DNA of 62,897 nucleotides, filler included, from Octopus bimaculoides (Eukaryota): assembly GCF_001194135.2 (NCBI RefSeq). It is 6 parts of 4 records of this genome, joined end to end, with 100 filler letters (N's around TTAATTAATTAA, not from the genome) between each part and the next. Parts side by side here need not be neighbours in the genome. Positions count along the whole stretch, not along the records: positions 22,925 to 27,865 come from NC_069000.1; positions 27,966 to 44,990 come from NC_069004.1; 4 more parts are not named here. One strand, given 5' to 3'. This document shows, one piece after another, positions 26,495 to 37,150 of this stretch. Each line of letters begins with the position of its first letter. Within the stretch, counting starts at the first letter, position 1. The notes beneath the pieces were generated by a model. It was given only the letters and a program-made list of their open reading frames with translations, had not been told where the DNA came from and did no database searches. The translations under genes were made by a program, and so were the position numbers.

Positions 26495-26582
26495 AACCGA
26501 TAATCTTACCTTTCATAAGTACTTTAGTAATGTAGCTAAGTTTATTGTCACTTCTGTGTGGAGTGTAGGTAGGTACTGATAA

Positions 26583-26690
26583 GGCGCAGGAGTGGCTGTG
26601 TGGTAAGTAGCTTGCTTACCAACCACATGGTTCCGGGTTCATTCCCACTGCGTGGCACTTTGGGCAAGTGTCTCCTACTGTAGCCTCGGG
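26583..26690 (+). mobile_element. 5' part of tRNA-derived SINE family A (CORE-like ttgggcaagtgtc motif)
   Basis: gcaggagtggctgtgtggtaag...ggttccgggttca...ttgggcaagtgtc; same head as 44339 and 47051. Confidence 0.8.
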
Positions 26691-26843
26691 CATAAAGACT
26701 TCTATGAAACATATGCGCGGAGAAAGTGTTACGTAAAAACTATACGTACACCTATACTTATACGTGCAGATTACCTTCCAAACCGGTTAATATTCTATAT
26801 ACAGAAGCGCACAGAAAAAGTTAAAAAAAAAAAAATCAAACCT

Positions 26844-26878
26844 CGTCCTTGGGTGGGCTTGAACCACCAACCTTTCGA

Positions 26879-26911
<33 letters not shown>

Positions 26912-26917
26912 AGAGAC
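26844..26917 (-). tRNA. trnN-GTT: tRNA-Asn(GTT), copy 5 (variant, possibly impaired)
   Basis: As copy 4, but G68A gives a C5:A68 mismatch in the acceptor stem and C39T gives a G31:U39 wobble. Confidence 0.85.
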
Positions 26918-27142
26918 AACGTAAAAGCTCTTGTTGACATAAATATATATTTCTTTTTTTTTTCTTGATGATAAGCCGTTAGATATTGAATTGTTATTGA
27001 AGGCAGTAACTGACAATGTTCAATAATTACTGATAAAAGTCTATGATTTTCTTTACATCAATACCCTAACATTGTTTTATTAGTAATTACTGAACATTGT
27101 TAAGTATCCACATAAAGAAAAACAGTTAAAAAAAATGCAACC

Positions 27143-27149
27143 CGTCCCT

Positions 27150-27199
<50 letters not shown>

Positions 27200-27216
27200 A
27201 ATTGCTCCACAGAGAC
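27143..27216 (-). tRNA. trnN-GTT: tRNA-Asn(GTT), copy 6 (variant, possibly impaired)
   Basis: As copy 4, but C11A gives an A11:G24 mismatch in the D-stem and C17T lies in the D-loop. Confidence 0.85.
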
Positions 27217-27499
27217 GACATGCTAACTATTTTTTACATAGACATATATATTTCTTTCATTTTCTGATATATTTCTTTCATTTTTCATTCCTGATTTTTA
27301 AATAAAAAAATTTATGTTAAGCCGCGGGAAATATTGAATTGTTTACTAAGTTCGCTAATCAGAAATCAATAATTAATTAATTTCTCATATTTCTGTTAAT
27401 TAAAAAGTCAGAAGTATACTTTTCAGCAAATCACCATCTCGCTGATAATTGGTGAATGGGTTTTGTTTAAACAGGTTCAGGTTTTTATCTTTTGCTTTT

Positions 27500-27610
27500 T
27501 TATATGTTTCAGCCATATGATTGTGGCCATGCTGCAGCACCGCGTTGTTTTAGTCGAACAAGTTGACCTTAGTATTTACTTTTTTAAGCCTAGTACTTAT
27601 TCTACTGTAC
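27500..27610 (-). mobile_element. 3' tail fragment of SINE family A
   Basis: Reverse complement of the gaataagtactaggctt...gactaaa...gcagcatggccacaatca tail seen at 47330-47430. Confidence 0.7.
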
Positions 27611-27689
27611 TTTTTTACGGGAATGTAAACACACAAATACACTCACACACACATATATATATATTTTATTATATGTATTTATTTTCTCC

Positions 27690-27850
27690 TAATTAATAAA
27701 TAACTCGGACAAAATAAATTGGTTAATAGATACCAGGGTAGCAAAGATCACAAAACAACTATGGATTGTATAAATTGTAATTCTTCGAAACATATGTTGG
27801 AATAAAAGTATGCAGTTAAAATATGCGTTTTACTCCATTCATTAAATTTA
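27690..27850 (+). mobile_element. (TA)n-associated small repeat remnant with a partial hammerhead-like 3' half
   Basis: aattc-ttc-GAAAC-atat-GTT-ggaat (27779-27803), with no CTGANGA core; followed by (TA)n and a gap. Confidence 0.35.
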
Positions 27851-27965
27851 TATATATATATATATNNNNNNNNNNNNNNNNNNNNNNNNNNNNNNNNNNN
27901 NNNNNNNNNTTAATTAATTAANNNNNNNNNNNNNNNNNNNNNNNNNNNNNNNNNNNNNNNNNNNN

Positions 27966-28101
27966 GGCATCCAGCTGTAGAAACTCTGCCAAATTAGATT
28001 GGAGCCTGGTGTTGCCATCCGGTTTCACCAGTCCTCAGTCAAATCGTCCAACCCATGCTAGCATGGAAAGCGGACGTTAAACGATGATGATGATGATGAT
28101 G
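27966..28101 (+). mobile_element. Interspersed repeat family C, 3' part with (GAT)n tail
   Basis: ggcatccagctgtagaaactctgcc...ccatgctagcatggaaagcggacgttaaac(gat)n; further copies at 28742, 29361, 32755 and 37682. Confidence 0.8.
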
Positions 28102-28120
28102 ATATATATATATATATATA

Positions 28121-28292
28121 CTGTTGTGTCTGGGTAGAGTCATTTTCTTATTGTGCCTTAAAATTTAACACACACATCATTAAAATTTCCACTTATTTCT
28201 TATTTTTATTTTCCTAAAATTTTCGTTGCGTCTTGCAACTTTTTCAAAATTTTAAGACACAATAAGAAAATGACTCTCCCCAGATACAACAG
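28121..28292. repeat. Fold-back with ~46-bp inverted arms
   Basis: ctgttgtgtctgggtagagtcattttcttattgtgccttaaaattt (28121-28166) versus aaattttaagacacaataagaaaatgactctccccagatacaacag (to 28292); about 3 mismatches. Confidence 0.85.
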
Positions 28293-28450
28293 AATATGCT
28301 TCAACACACGAAATCACATGAAAAATCTTGCAAACCAAATCCAAAAATGAAATATAAATACATATATATATATAGTAAGTACTTTTACAGACGAATACCC
28401 CATGTATGTATGTTTGAACTCAGAACATAATATCTACTTATATATATATA

Positions 28451-28667
28451 TAATAATATAGATTTAATCAAAAGATTAAATGTGGTACTTAAAATGTTTG
28501 AGGCACCAGAATTTGGTAGGATAAAAACCAAAAACAATTCCATTATGCAGCTGAGGAGTACATTTTCATTGTATTTTCTGTGGTGTTCTCACTACATGAA
28601 TAAATGGAGCTTGTACGAAACATATGTACTGCTATAACCTATTGAATTATTGTTGCTTAACTCAAAT
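28451..28667 (+). mobile_element. ~220-bp (TA)n-flanked non-autonomous element carrying a hammerhead ribozyme (retrozyme/Penelope-LTR-like)
   Basis: Bounded by (TA)n on both sides; second copy at 16863-17020; contains the type I hammerhead motif listed next. Confidence 0.7.
28547..28632 (+). ncRNA. Type I hammerhead ribozyme motif (short palindromic stem III, extended stem II)
   Basis: Stem I gcag (28547-50) with ctgc (28629-32); core CTGAGGA (28551-57); stem II gtac...gtac (28558-61 with 28613-16) capped by tgtggtg-ttct-cactaca; GAAA (28617-20); stem III AC-atat-GT; predicted cleavage after GUA at 28628. Confidence 0.8.
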
Positions 28668-28693
28668 TATATATATATATATAAATATAAATA

Positions 28694-28733
<40 letters not shown>

Positions 28734-28741
28734 TAAATATA

Positions 28742-28860
28742 AAAACACCCACTACACTCTCGGAGTGGTTGGCGTTAGGAAGGGCATCCAGCTGTAGAAA
28801 CTCTGCCAAATCAGATTGGAGCCTGGTGCAGCCATCTGGTTTCACCAGTCCTCAGTCAAA
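28742..28860 (+). mobile_element. Repeat family C fragment
   Basis: cccactacactctcggagtggttggcgttaggaagggcatccagctgtagaaac...cagtcctcagtcaaat. Confidence 0.8.
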
Positions 28861-28925
28861 TGAGTTTGATGATAAGCTCCTTGAGGTATTACTTCATCAT
28901 AGCTATTAGATAATAAAACAAATGG

Positions 28926-29174
28926 TGTGTGTGTGTGTGTGTCTGCGTTTGACCCCCACCTCCACCCCATCACCGCTTGACAACCAGTGTTGATGTGTTT
29001 ACGTCCCCATAACTTAGCAGTTCGGCAAAAGAGACCGATGGAATAAGTGTGACGCTTGAGAAAAAAAAAAATATATCCTGGGTGGTCAATTCGTCTGACT
29101 AAAATCTCTTCAAGGTGGTGCTCCAGCATGGCTGCAGTCAAGTTTATTGAAACAAATAAAAGAATGAAAGAATA
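28926..29174 (+). mobile_element. SINE family A, 3' half
   Basis: cgcttgacaacc...gtgtttacgtcccc.taacttagc.gttcggcaaaagagaccgat...ggtgctccagcatggctgcagtc. Confidence 0.8.
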
Positions 29175-29360
29175 TAGGGGGTTTAGTTTCAGAATGACAT
29201 TGTAGGGTAAGTGTGACAGGTCTGATATGGCTGCTTTGAACATAAAACAGATGAAGCATCAGGGCCGAATATGGATGGTTTACATGCCAAACAATCAAGG
29301 TTCCACATAAGATTTTTTTTATTGTTAAAATTTCTGTGCAATAAATATTTTAATAGAATA

Positions 29361-29515
29361 TGGAGTGGTTGGCATTAGGAAGGTCTTCCAGCTATAGAAA
29401 CCCTGCCAGATCAGATTAGAGCCTGATTGGTGCAGCTCACAAGTTTTCAGTCAAACCATCCAACCCATGCCAGCATGGAAAACAGACGATGATGATGATG
29501 ATGATGATGATGATG
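29361..29515 (+). mobile_element. Repeat family C with (GAT)n tail
   Basis: ggagtggttggcattaggaagg...ccaacccatgccagcatggaaaacagac(gat)n. Confidence 0.75.
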
Positions 29516-29699
29516 GAAATATAATGGGATTTTTTTTTTAAGGATCAAATGGTTACAGGGGTCCAGTAGAGTAAAATAGGAATGAAAGGGGTCCATAGAA
29601 GGGGAAAAAAAGGGGCTGAGAAGCCCTGAGTTAAAGCTATAATAGATCCAGGGAACCTTTGCACCTATTTCTATGAGAAGTTAATTCCATGTCAATTCC

Positions 29700-30300
29700 A
29701 TACCCATATATGGTAAAGTATTTGTGAAGAAGAATAAAATATATAAAAAAAAAGAAAAGAAAATTCAGAAAGGAAACATAAAAGAAAGAAAAAAAGAAGA
29801 GGGGGGAGAGAACTAGAAGAAGAAGAAGAAGAAATGAAAGAAAGTGCTAAAGGAAAAAAAGATGAAATATTGGAAGACATAGGAATGGGATTCTGGAACT
29901 GAGGGAGGGGGGCATAAAAGGGGAGGGAGAGGAGTGAGAGGTGGAGGAATGTTAAGCAGAGAAGTAGAAGGGGAGGAAAAGGGAGAGGGGAGAGTGATAG
30001 AGAGGGAGAGAGAGACATGAAGAAGGAAGGAGGCTGGGTGAAAGACTGAGAGAAGAAGAGAGATAAAAGGAGAGACAGACAGATAAAGAGGCAGAGAAAG
30101 GAAGAACAGAGAGAGGGGAAGCAAAAGAGAAGGAGAGAGAGACAGAGAGAGATGAGAGGGTGAGAGAGATGAGAGGGAGAGGAGAGAGAGAGAAAAATAA
30201 GAGGGAGAGAGCAAAGGGAGAAAAAGAGAGAAAGAGAGGGAGAAGCAGAGAGAGAGATATATACAGAGAGAAGGAAAGTGGGGGAGAGAGAGAGACAGAG
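29700..30300. repeat. Purine-rich (GA) low-complexity tract
   Basis: Almost exclusively A and G on the plus strand. Confidence 0.9.
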
Positions 30301-30710
30301 ATAGATTTGTCTAAAAGACTGTCTTCGTTTGTCTTCTCGTTAACGTGTCAATTGTTAATGAATGATTTGGTTTCTATGGTGCTTTTAGAATTAACAAGCA
30401 ACGAGAGATATTTAGCTACAAAGAAACCGCAATATAAACACAGAGATGACGACGATGACACTCGTTTGGGTTGTTTTTGGTTCTTGGTGTTGGTTTTGTG
30501 TTTTCTTTTTGCAAATCGGAACTGCACACATGTTGAGTTGTATGCCTGCATACATGCAGGTATGTATCCACATATGTATGTTCACATACATACATATATA
30601 TATACACACACACACATATATATATAAATACACATGCATACATGTTTACACACACACATATACATATATGCATTCATTTATACACATATATATACATATA
30701 AACATCATAA

Positions 30711-30741
<31 letters not shown>

Positions 30742-30758
30742 GAGAGACAGATAGCTGG

Positions 30759-30798
<40 letters not shown>

Positions 30799-30983
30799 GG
30801 AGGGAGGGAGAAATAAATCTGGTAAAACATACAGAAGATACATCTATATATACATATATATATATACACACATACACACACATAAATATACGGACGTGTA
30901 AAAATATATATATATATATATATATATACAAATAGATCTGGTAAAACGAACAGGATACACACATATATACAGGTATATGTGTG

Positions 30984-31027
<44 letters not shown>

Positions 31028-31609
31028 NNNNNNNNNNNNNNNNNNNNNNNNNNNNNNNNNNNNNNNNNNNNNNNNNNNNNNNNNNNNNNNNNNNNNNNNN
31101 NNNNNNNNNNNNNNNNNNNNNNNNNNNNNNNNNNNNNNNNNNNNNNNNNNNNNNNNNNNNNNNNNNNNNNNNNNNNNNNNNNNNNNNNNNNNNNNNNNNN
31201 NNNNNNNNNNNNNNNNNNNNNNNNNNNNNNNNNNNNNNNNNNNNNNNNNNNNNNNNNNNNNNNNNNNNNNNNNNNNNNNNNNNNNNNNNNNNNNNNNNNN
31301 NNNNNNNNNNNNNNNNNNNNNNNNNNNNNNNNNNNNNNNNNNNNNNNNNNNNNNNNNNNNNNNNNNNNNNNNNNNNNNNNNNNNNNNNNNNNNNNNNNNN
31401 NNNNNNNNNNNNNNNNNNNNNNNNNNNNNNNNNNNNNNNNNNNNNNNNNNNNNNNNNNNNNNNNNNNNNNNNNNNNNNNNNNNNNNNNNNNNNNNNNNNN
31501 NNNNNNNNNNNNNNNNNNNNNNNNNNNNNNNNNNNNNNNNNNNNNNNNNNNNNNNNNNNNNNNNNNNNNNNNNNNNNNNNNNNNNNNNNNNNNNNNNNNG
31601 GGGGGGGGG

Positions 31610-32750
31610 GGATTTCAATTGCTGGGTTGGAACAGATTGGCAAACATGGAAGTCTCTTGGATGTTTAAGTGTAAGGAAGATGAACAGCAATGGCCTTCTG
31701 CTCTTAGAGATTTATGATGAATATGATGAATATGATCTTTGCATTGCAAGCGCTCATTTTATGCACAAAGGTGATCATCTAATGATCAGGATGCATCCGA
31801 GGTCTAAGGTTTGGTACTTGCTGGATTATGTTATCATCCACAAGTGTAATATTAGTGACATTTGTAATATCAAGTCCTTTCACAGATCAGTGTTGGACAG
31901 ACCATTGCTGGATGCAAGCAAAATTCTGGATGGTAATTAGAGTAAAGGAGAGAAAGAGCCAGCCAGGGTTCCCCAGTGTCTGCAAGGAAAGAGTTTCAGA
32001 ATCATTTGTCCAGAATTGAAGATATTACAGTTTGGGAGGAGTTTCGAGCCCAGGTTTCTCAATGTTCTGCTGAAACACTGGGATAAGTTACAACCTGACA
32101 TGGGGACTGGTTCAATGAAAATGCAGCTGAAGTTCAAATACTACAGTCTTCAAAGTGCAAAGGCCACAGTGTGTTATTGTTCAGAGGTCAATCAGTCGTG
32201 CAGCAGAACCTAGCACTTAACCATCATAAGAATACAAAGCCCCACTGCTGAGGTCACTCAGGAAGACGCAGAACAGCTGATGGGAAGGTCTTGTGATATT
32301 CAAGATGCCACTGATGCAGATGACAGTCAGAAGCTCTACCGGTTTATGAAGCAAGTTTATGGGCCCAAGAGTTCTGCATTGGGTCCTTTGCTTGCCAAGG
32401 AGGATTCTACCCAACTTCTTAAACCAACAGAAATCACGTCGCTGGGTCAAACATTTTTCTGAACTTCTAAGCTGTGGGTCAGTTGTAAATGATGCAGTGA
32501 CTGATACTGTTCAACAAAAACCTGTCATCAGGTCTTTGAATAAGATAGTAATGGCATTAGGGGCTCTTGAGTCATGTGCCTGGTTCCACCATGGCATCAC
32601 AAGGTGAACAAAAGTTGTTGTGTAAAGTGTGTGTACTCCTTTACTCTTGAGAGACATGGATCCCTTACAGACATCGGTAGGGGTGCTTCAATGCTTCCAC
32701 CAGGAATGTCAGAGATATATTCTGAATGCCAAAATTTTCTGCCTAATGTC
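31610..32750 (+). mobile_element. Degenerate RTE (BovB-like) LINE: AP-endonuclease C-terminus joined to the RT C-terminus
   Basis: GDFNCWVGTDWQTW, KMNSNGLLLLE, MHPRSKVWYLLDYVI, DDSQKLYRFMKQVYGPKSS, RRWVKHFSELL, then ETWIPY and LQCFHQECQRYIL. The central RT motifs appear to be deleted. Confidence 0.85.
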
Positions 32751-32754
32751 CATA

Positions 32755-32910
32755 TATCATCATCATCGTTTAATGTCCACTTTCCATGCTAGCATGGGTT
32801 GGATGGTTTGACTGAAGAATGGTGAGCCAGAGGCTGCACCAAGCTCAATTTGATCTGGCAAAGTTTCTACAGCTGGATGCCCTTCCTAATGCCAACCACT
32901 CCGAGAGTGT
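32755..32910 (-). mobile_element. Repeat family C, reverse orientation
   Basis: (cat)n cgtttaatgtccactttccatgctagcatgggttgga...ctacagctggatgcccttcctaatgccaaccactccgagagtgt. Confidence 0.8.
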
Positions 32911-33435
32911 AATATTTTGTCACCACCTTTCAAACCCAAATATATCTTGACAAAGTGGTGTCTATTCACCTAGCTGGATTCCAGAAACTGTGTATATGTT
33001 GGTCCCATCAGACTTTGAATAAGTTAGCCCTCCAACAAACAGGATATTTAATTACTGGTACATCGGCACAATAGAAGATGGAACTTGTTAGGCATTTACT
33101 AATTTGTTAATGAAGCAAGATTTATGCCACTGCATGAAGGGACAATACATGGGATATCATATTGATTGAGATTTTCTGGTAACTGTTCAACTAAGACTTG
33201 GCAATGTTATATACACTGGAACAACTAAATAATAATTAAATTTGTAATTACCAAGGAATTGTGTCTGTCTGTGTGTTTTAGATGTTGCTGTTGTTTTTAG
33301 CAATTTGAGTTATCACATGGAAAAGACTTCGTTTTCTCAGATTAATTCAAATAAGGGAGACAAATAAATGTGTATACACAAGCCAGAAGTATCTATGGTG
33401 ATGAGAGGGGTTAAAAGAAAAGGGCCTCTCAGGTA

Positions 33436-33885
33436 ATGATGATCGTGATGATGCTGATGATGATCATCATCATCAGCATAATTCACATCCCAATCATCGT
33501 CATCATCACATCTGTCGCTATCACTGTTAACAACAACATCCTAACCATCACCATCACCATCATCATTATTACCACTATCGCTGTTATCATCATTACTCCC
33601 ACCATCATCATCAATGTCTTCAATATCACCACAGTGCCGCCTACACCACTGTCATCACCACCACTGTCGACATCACCATCAACAGGAAATATGAACATAC
33701 CATCACCATCAGCATCACCATTACCAACACCGCATCAACACCATCGCTACCATCACCATCATCACTACCCTCACCACTATCACCAACCACCAGTCACTAA
33801 CTCCACCATCACCACCGAGATTACCATCACCTCCGCCATCACCACCACCATCATCACCACCACCACCACAACGAATGCCAACACT
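33436..33885. repeat. Degenerate (CAT/CAC)n low-complexity tract
   Basis: Directly visible; explains the I/T/H-rich ORFs in the track. Confidence 0.9.
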
Positions 33886-34428
33886 CTACAGTACAATGGA
33901 ACATTAAACACAAACCTGTTAATTTCCTGTCTGCAGAATCAGCAGGAAATTACAGAGGAGTTGCAACTGTGAGGGTGGAACATCTTCAAATATACGGACA
34001 TATATACATACACATTCATATATATATATAAACACACACACATATATATCTAATATAGGATAAAATTTTCAAAAAAATTTTATCAGTGGTCAGCATATTT
34101 AAAAAATACCTTTTAAGGTGAAAATTATAAACTTATAAATAAGGGCAAAAGAAAAAGTTCTTGTGCCAAATATGCCGAGAAATAGACTTTAAATTGTCAT
34201 ATAACCACATATTATTCATTACTAAAAGCACACGTCTCGAAGCATGCTGACAGAAATTTCTAAAAATTTCTGTAATCACCGGATTGCCCAGATTTCTAAG
34301 TTAATTCATAAAGAATTCTCTCGTCATCAGCAGTAAATACATTAAGAAATAAATGAAATACTTAACTGCACACATAGAACATGTACATATATAGATATAT
34401 GACAGTCACGATATTTAATTCCATAACA

Positions 34429-34511
34429 GCCACCTCTGATGAGCGCAGGGTTAGATAATCGGACAGTTACCTAACACTCTATTGAACCCCTAGTGCGAAA
34501 CTGATTGGTAA

Positions 34512-34518
<7 letters not shown>
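34429..34518 (+). ncRNA. Degenerate type I hammerhead-like motif at the end of a ~460-bp microsatellite-flanked segment (34060-34518)
   Basis: CTGATGA (34436-42); stem II gcgc-agggtt...aacccct-agtgc with internal hairpin gttag...ctaac; GAAAC (34497-34501); tgattg; GTA (34508-10). Stem I (cacct with agattg) is only partly paired. Confidence 0.45.
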
Positions 34519-34589
<71 letters not shown>

Positions 34590-34591
34590 AT

Positions 34592-34885
34592 GATGGCATG
34601 TGGTTTAGTGGTTGAGGTGTTTGGTTAACAATTGTAAGGTCATGAGTTCAATTCCTGCAGGAATGTATCCTTGAGCAAGTCATTTTATTTCTCCTGCTTC
34701 CAGTCTACTCAGCTGACAAAAGTGAGTTGGACCTGGAATTCAATGGACCGACCTTTTACCATTCTGCGGCACACTCAATCTCCCTGAGAACTGCATTAAG
34801 GCTGCGCGTATCTGTGGAGCACTCAGCCACTTGCCCATTAATTTCATGAGCAGGCTGTTCCATTGATCGGATTGCCAGGAAGTCA
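34592..34885 (+). mobile_element. tRNA-derived SINE family D
   Basis: A-box-like tggtttagtgg and B-box-like gagttcaattcc, CORE-like ccttgagcaagtca, body ccagtctactcagctg...ccctgagaactgc...gcaggctgttcc. Confidence 0.7.
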
Positions 34886-35779
34886 GGTCATCATAAGTAG
34901 CGGTGTGCCAGGTTTACAGCCAGGTGGCCTGTACCAACATCGTCCAGGATGACCAGATTGTGGGACGATGGTGTGGTGAAGTGTGAACGACAGATGGTGG
35001 TGGTGGTGGTGGTGGGATGTAGGTCAATGCTGTAGGACAGATGGAATGGAAGGTGTAAGAGGAAGGGGAGAAAGAAGAGAGAGAGAGAGAGAGGAGATGG
35101 AGGAAATCGTTGAGTGTATTTCCTTGCCTCCCCCACCACGACCATCACTCAAAATATTCCCCTTACATCATTTCTCTATGGTAATTATGTAGCTGGAAGT
35201 TGACCAGACAGAGGATACACACGGCCATACACACACACAGTTATATGCTCTCACACACACACACACACAGTTATATGCTCTCACACACACACACACAGTT
35301 ATATGCTCTCACACACACACACACAGTTATATGCTCATGCAAGCATACACATACAGTTATCTATATTTACATACATAAACACAACCCTACATATATATAT
35401 ATATGCAGTCAACTACACATACACACAATTGTACATACAATCACACACACACACACACAAACTACTATCATATACATACATTATAATGCACATTCACACA
35501 CACACACAAGCACACATACTCACGCACACACCAGACAAAGATTGGTGAAGTTCCAAACCAGACCATCCATCCTGCCCCCCCCACCGCCCGTGCCAACCAG
35601 CCTCTCGCACAGATGCCCCACCCACAGTCTCTCCTTGCATGACCCACTATCCTCTCTACTTGACCACCAGATGGAGTGGTTGTAACTGAGGAGGGAGGAA
35701 GTGGGAGGGCGGGAGAGAGAAGAGGAGCGACTGGCGCTTCTGTTTATCGCAAGAGATGTTATGGACAAAGAATAATGAC

Positions 35780-37150
35780 GACAACTCTGTCATCATCATC
35801 GTCATCATCATAGTCATCATTGTCATCATCATCATCATCGTCATCATCATTACTGTCACCATCATTGACACCATAAGCATAATCATCACCACCTCCACCA
35901 CCATCATCATCATAAACATCATATTCGTTATCATCATCGTCTCCACCATCATCATTATCATCATAAACGTCATCGTCACTATCGTCGTCATTATCATCAA
36001 CATCGCCACCACCACCACCACCATCATCATTATCATCACCACAACAACCATCATCAACTTCATCATGATTTACATAGCTGTCATCACCATTATTCCATCA
36101 TCATCATTGACGCTACTGTCATCATTAACACCGCCATCACCATCACCATCATCATCACTATTATCATCACCATCACCACCACTAGCATCATCATCATCAC
36201 CATCACTATTATCTTCATTATAAATCATCATCAACAACAGCATTAGATTAGTCTCCCTAATAACAACAACAACATCAACAAGTCTGTCTGCTTGGGGGTG
36301 GTGGGCGAGGGTGTAAGCTACAGGAGCAACACATAATAACGTCTATAACAACAACAACAACAACATTATACTGAAGCTTTGAGTTGGGTTACTTTAGCAA
36401 ATAACAACAACAACAACAATTATACAAACAGCAACAACGGCAGCCAGAGTAGGTCAAAGGTCTGCTAGAAATAACAGCCAAATTCATTCAGATTACTCCT
36501 TGGTGGGTTAAGAAAGGGAAGACCAGATTTACTAATGACATCATTGCCATCATCATCATCATAATTGTTACCATCATCATCATCATCATCATAATAATAA
36601 TCACCATCATCGTCATAATGACCATTGTCATCATCATCATAATAATCACCATCATCATCATAATCATCATCATCATAATCTCCATCATCATCATGACCTT
36701 CACCATCACCATAACAGGGATGGTCATGACTGGGACTCCTTTGATCATAGGTCTGCTCAGTTAGGACTGACCTGGGGCTAAACGACAAGACAACCACAAC
36801 AAACAACAACAACCACCACCACCACCACCACTGCTACTACTTCATGAACAAAAATCACAACAACAACTACTACTACCACCACTACTACTACTTCTGCTTC
36901 TGTGATGACCACAACAGCAACTATCACCAACAATAAGCACAATACCTGCTCCTACCACTGCTACTACTACGACTGCTGCTGCAACAACAACCACAGCAAC
37001 AGTCACATTAACCACAACAGCAACTATAGCAACAACAACTACTACTACTACTGCTGCTGCTACTACTACAACGGCCACAGCAATTATCACCACCACTACA
37101 ACACCACCAACAACAACAGCAACTACCACTGCCACTACAACAACAGCAAC
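35780..37150. repeat. Compound (CAT)n/(CAA)n/(CTA)n low-complexity region
   Basis: Directly visible. Confidence 0.9.

Noticed and set aside
28212-28250. Minus-strand TTGAAAA-a-gttgc-aagac-gcaac-GAAA as a U3:A8 variant hammerhead
   Set aside because: A stem II-like hairpin and GAAA are present, but I could not build stem I or a credible stem III and cleavage triplet in this copy.
29545-29635. hAT-like terminus (aggggtcca...gagaagccctg)
   Set aside because: Only one end is visible, with no partner TIR or TSD.
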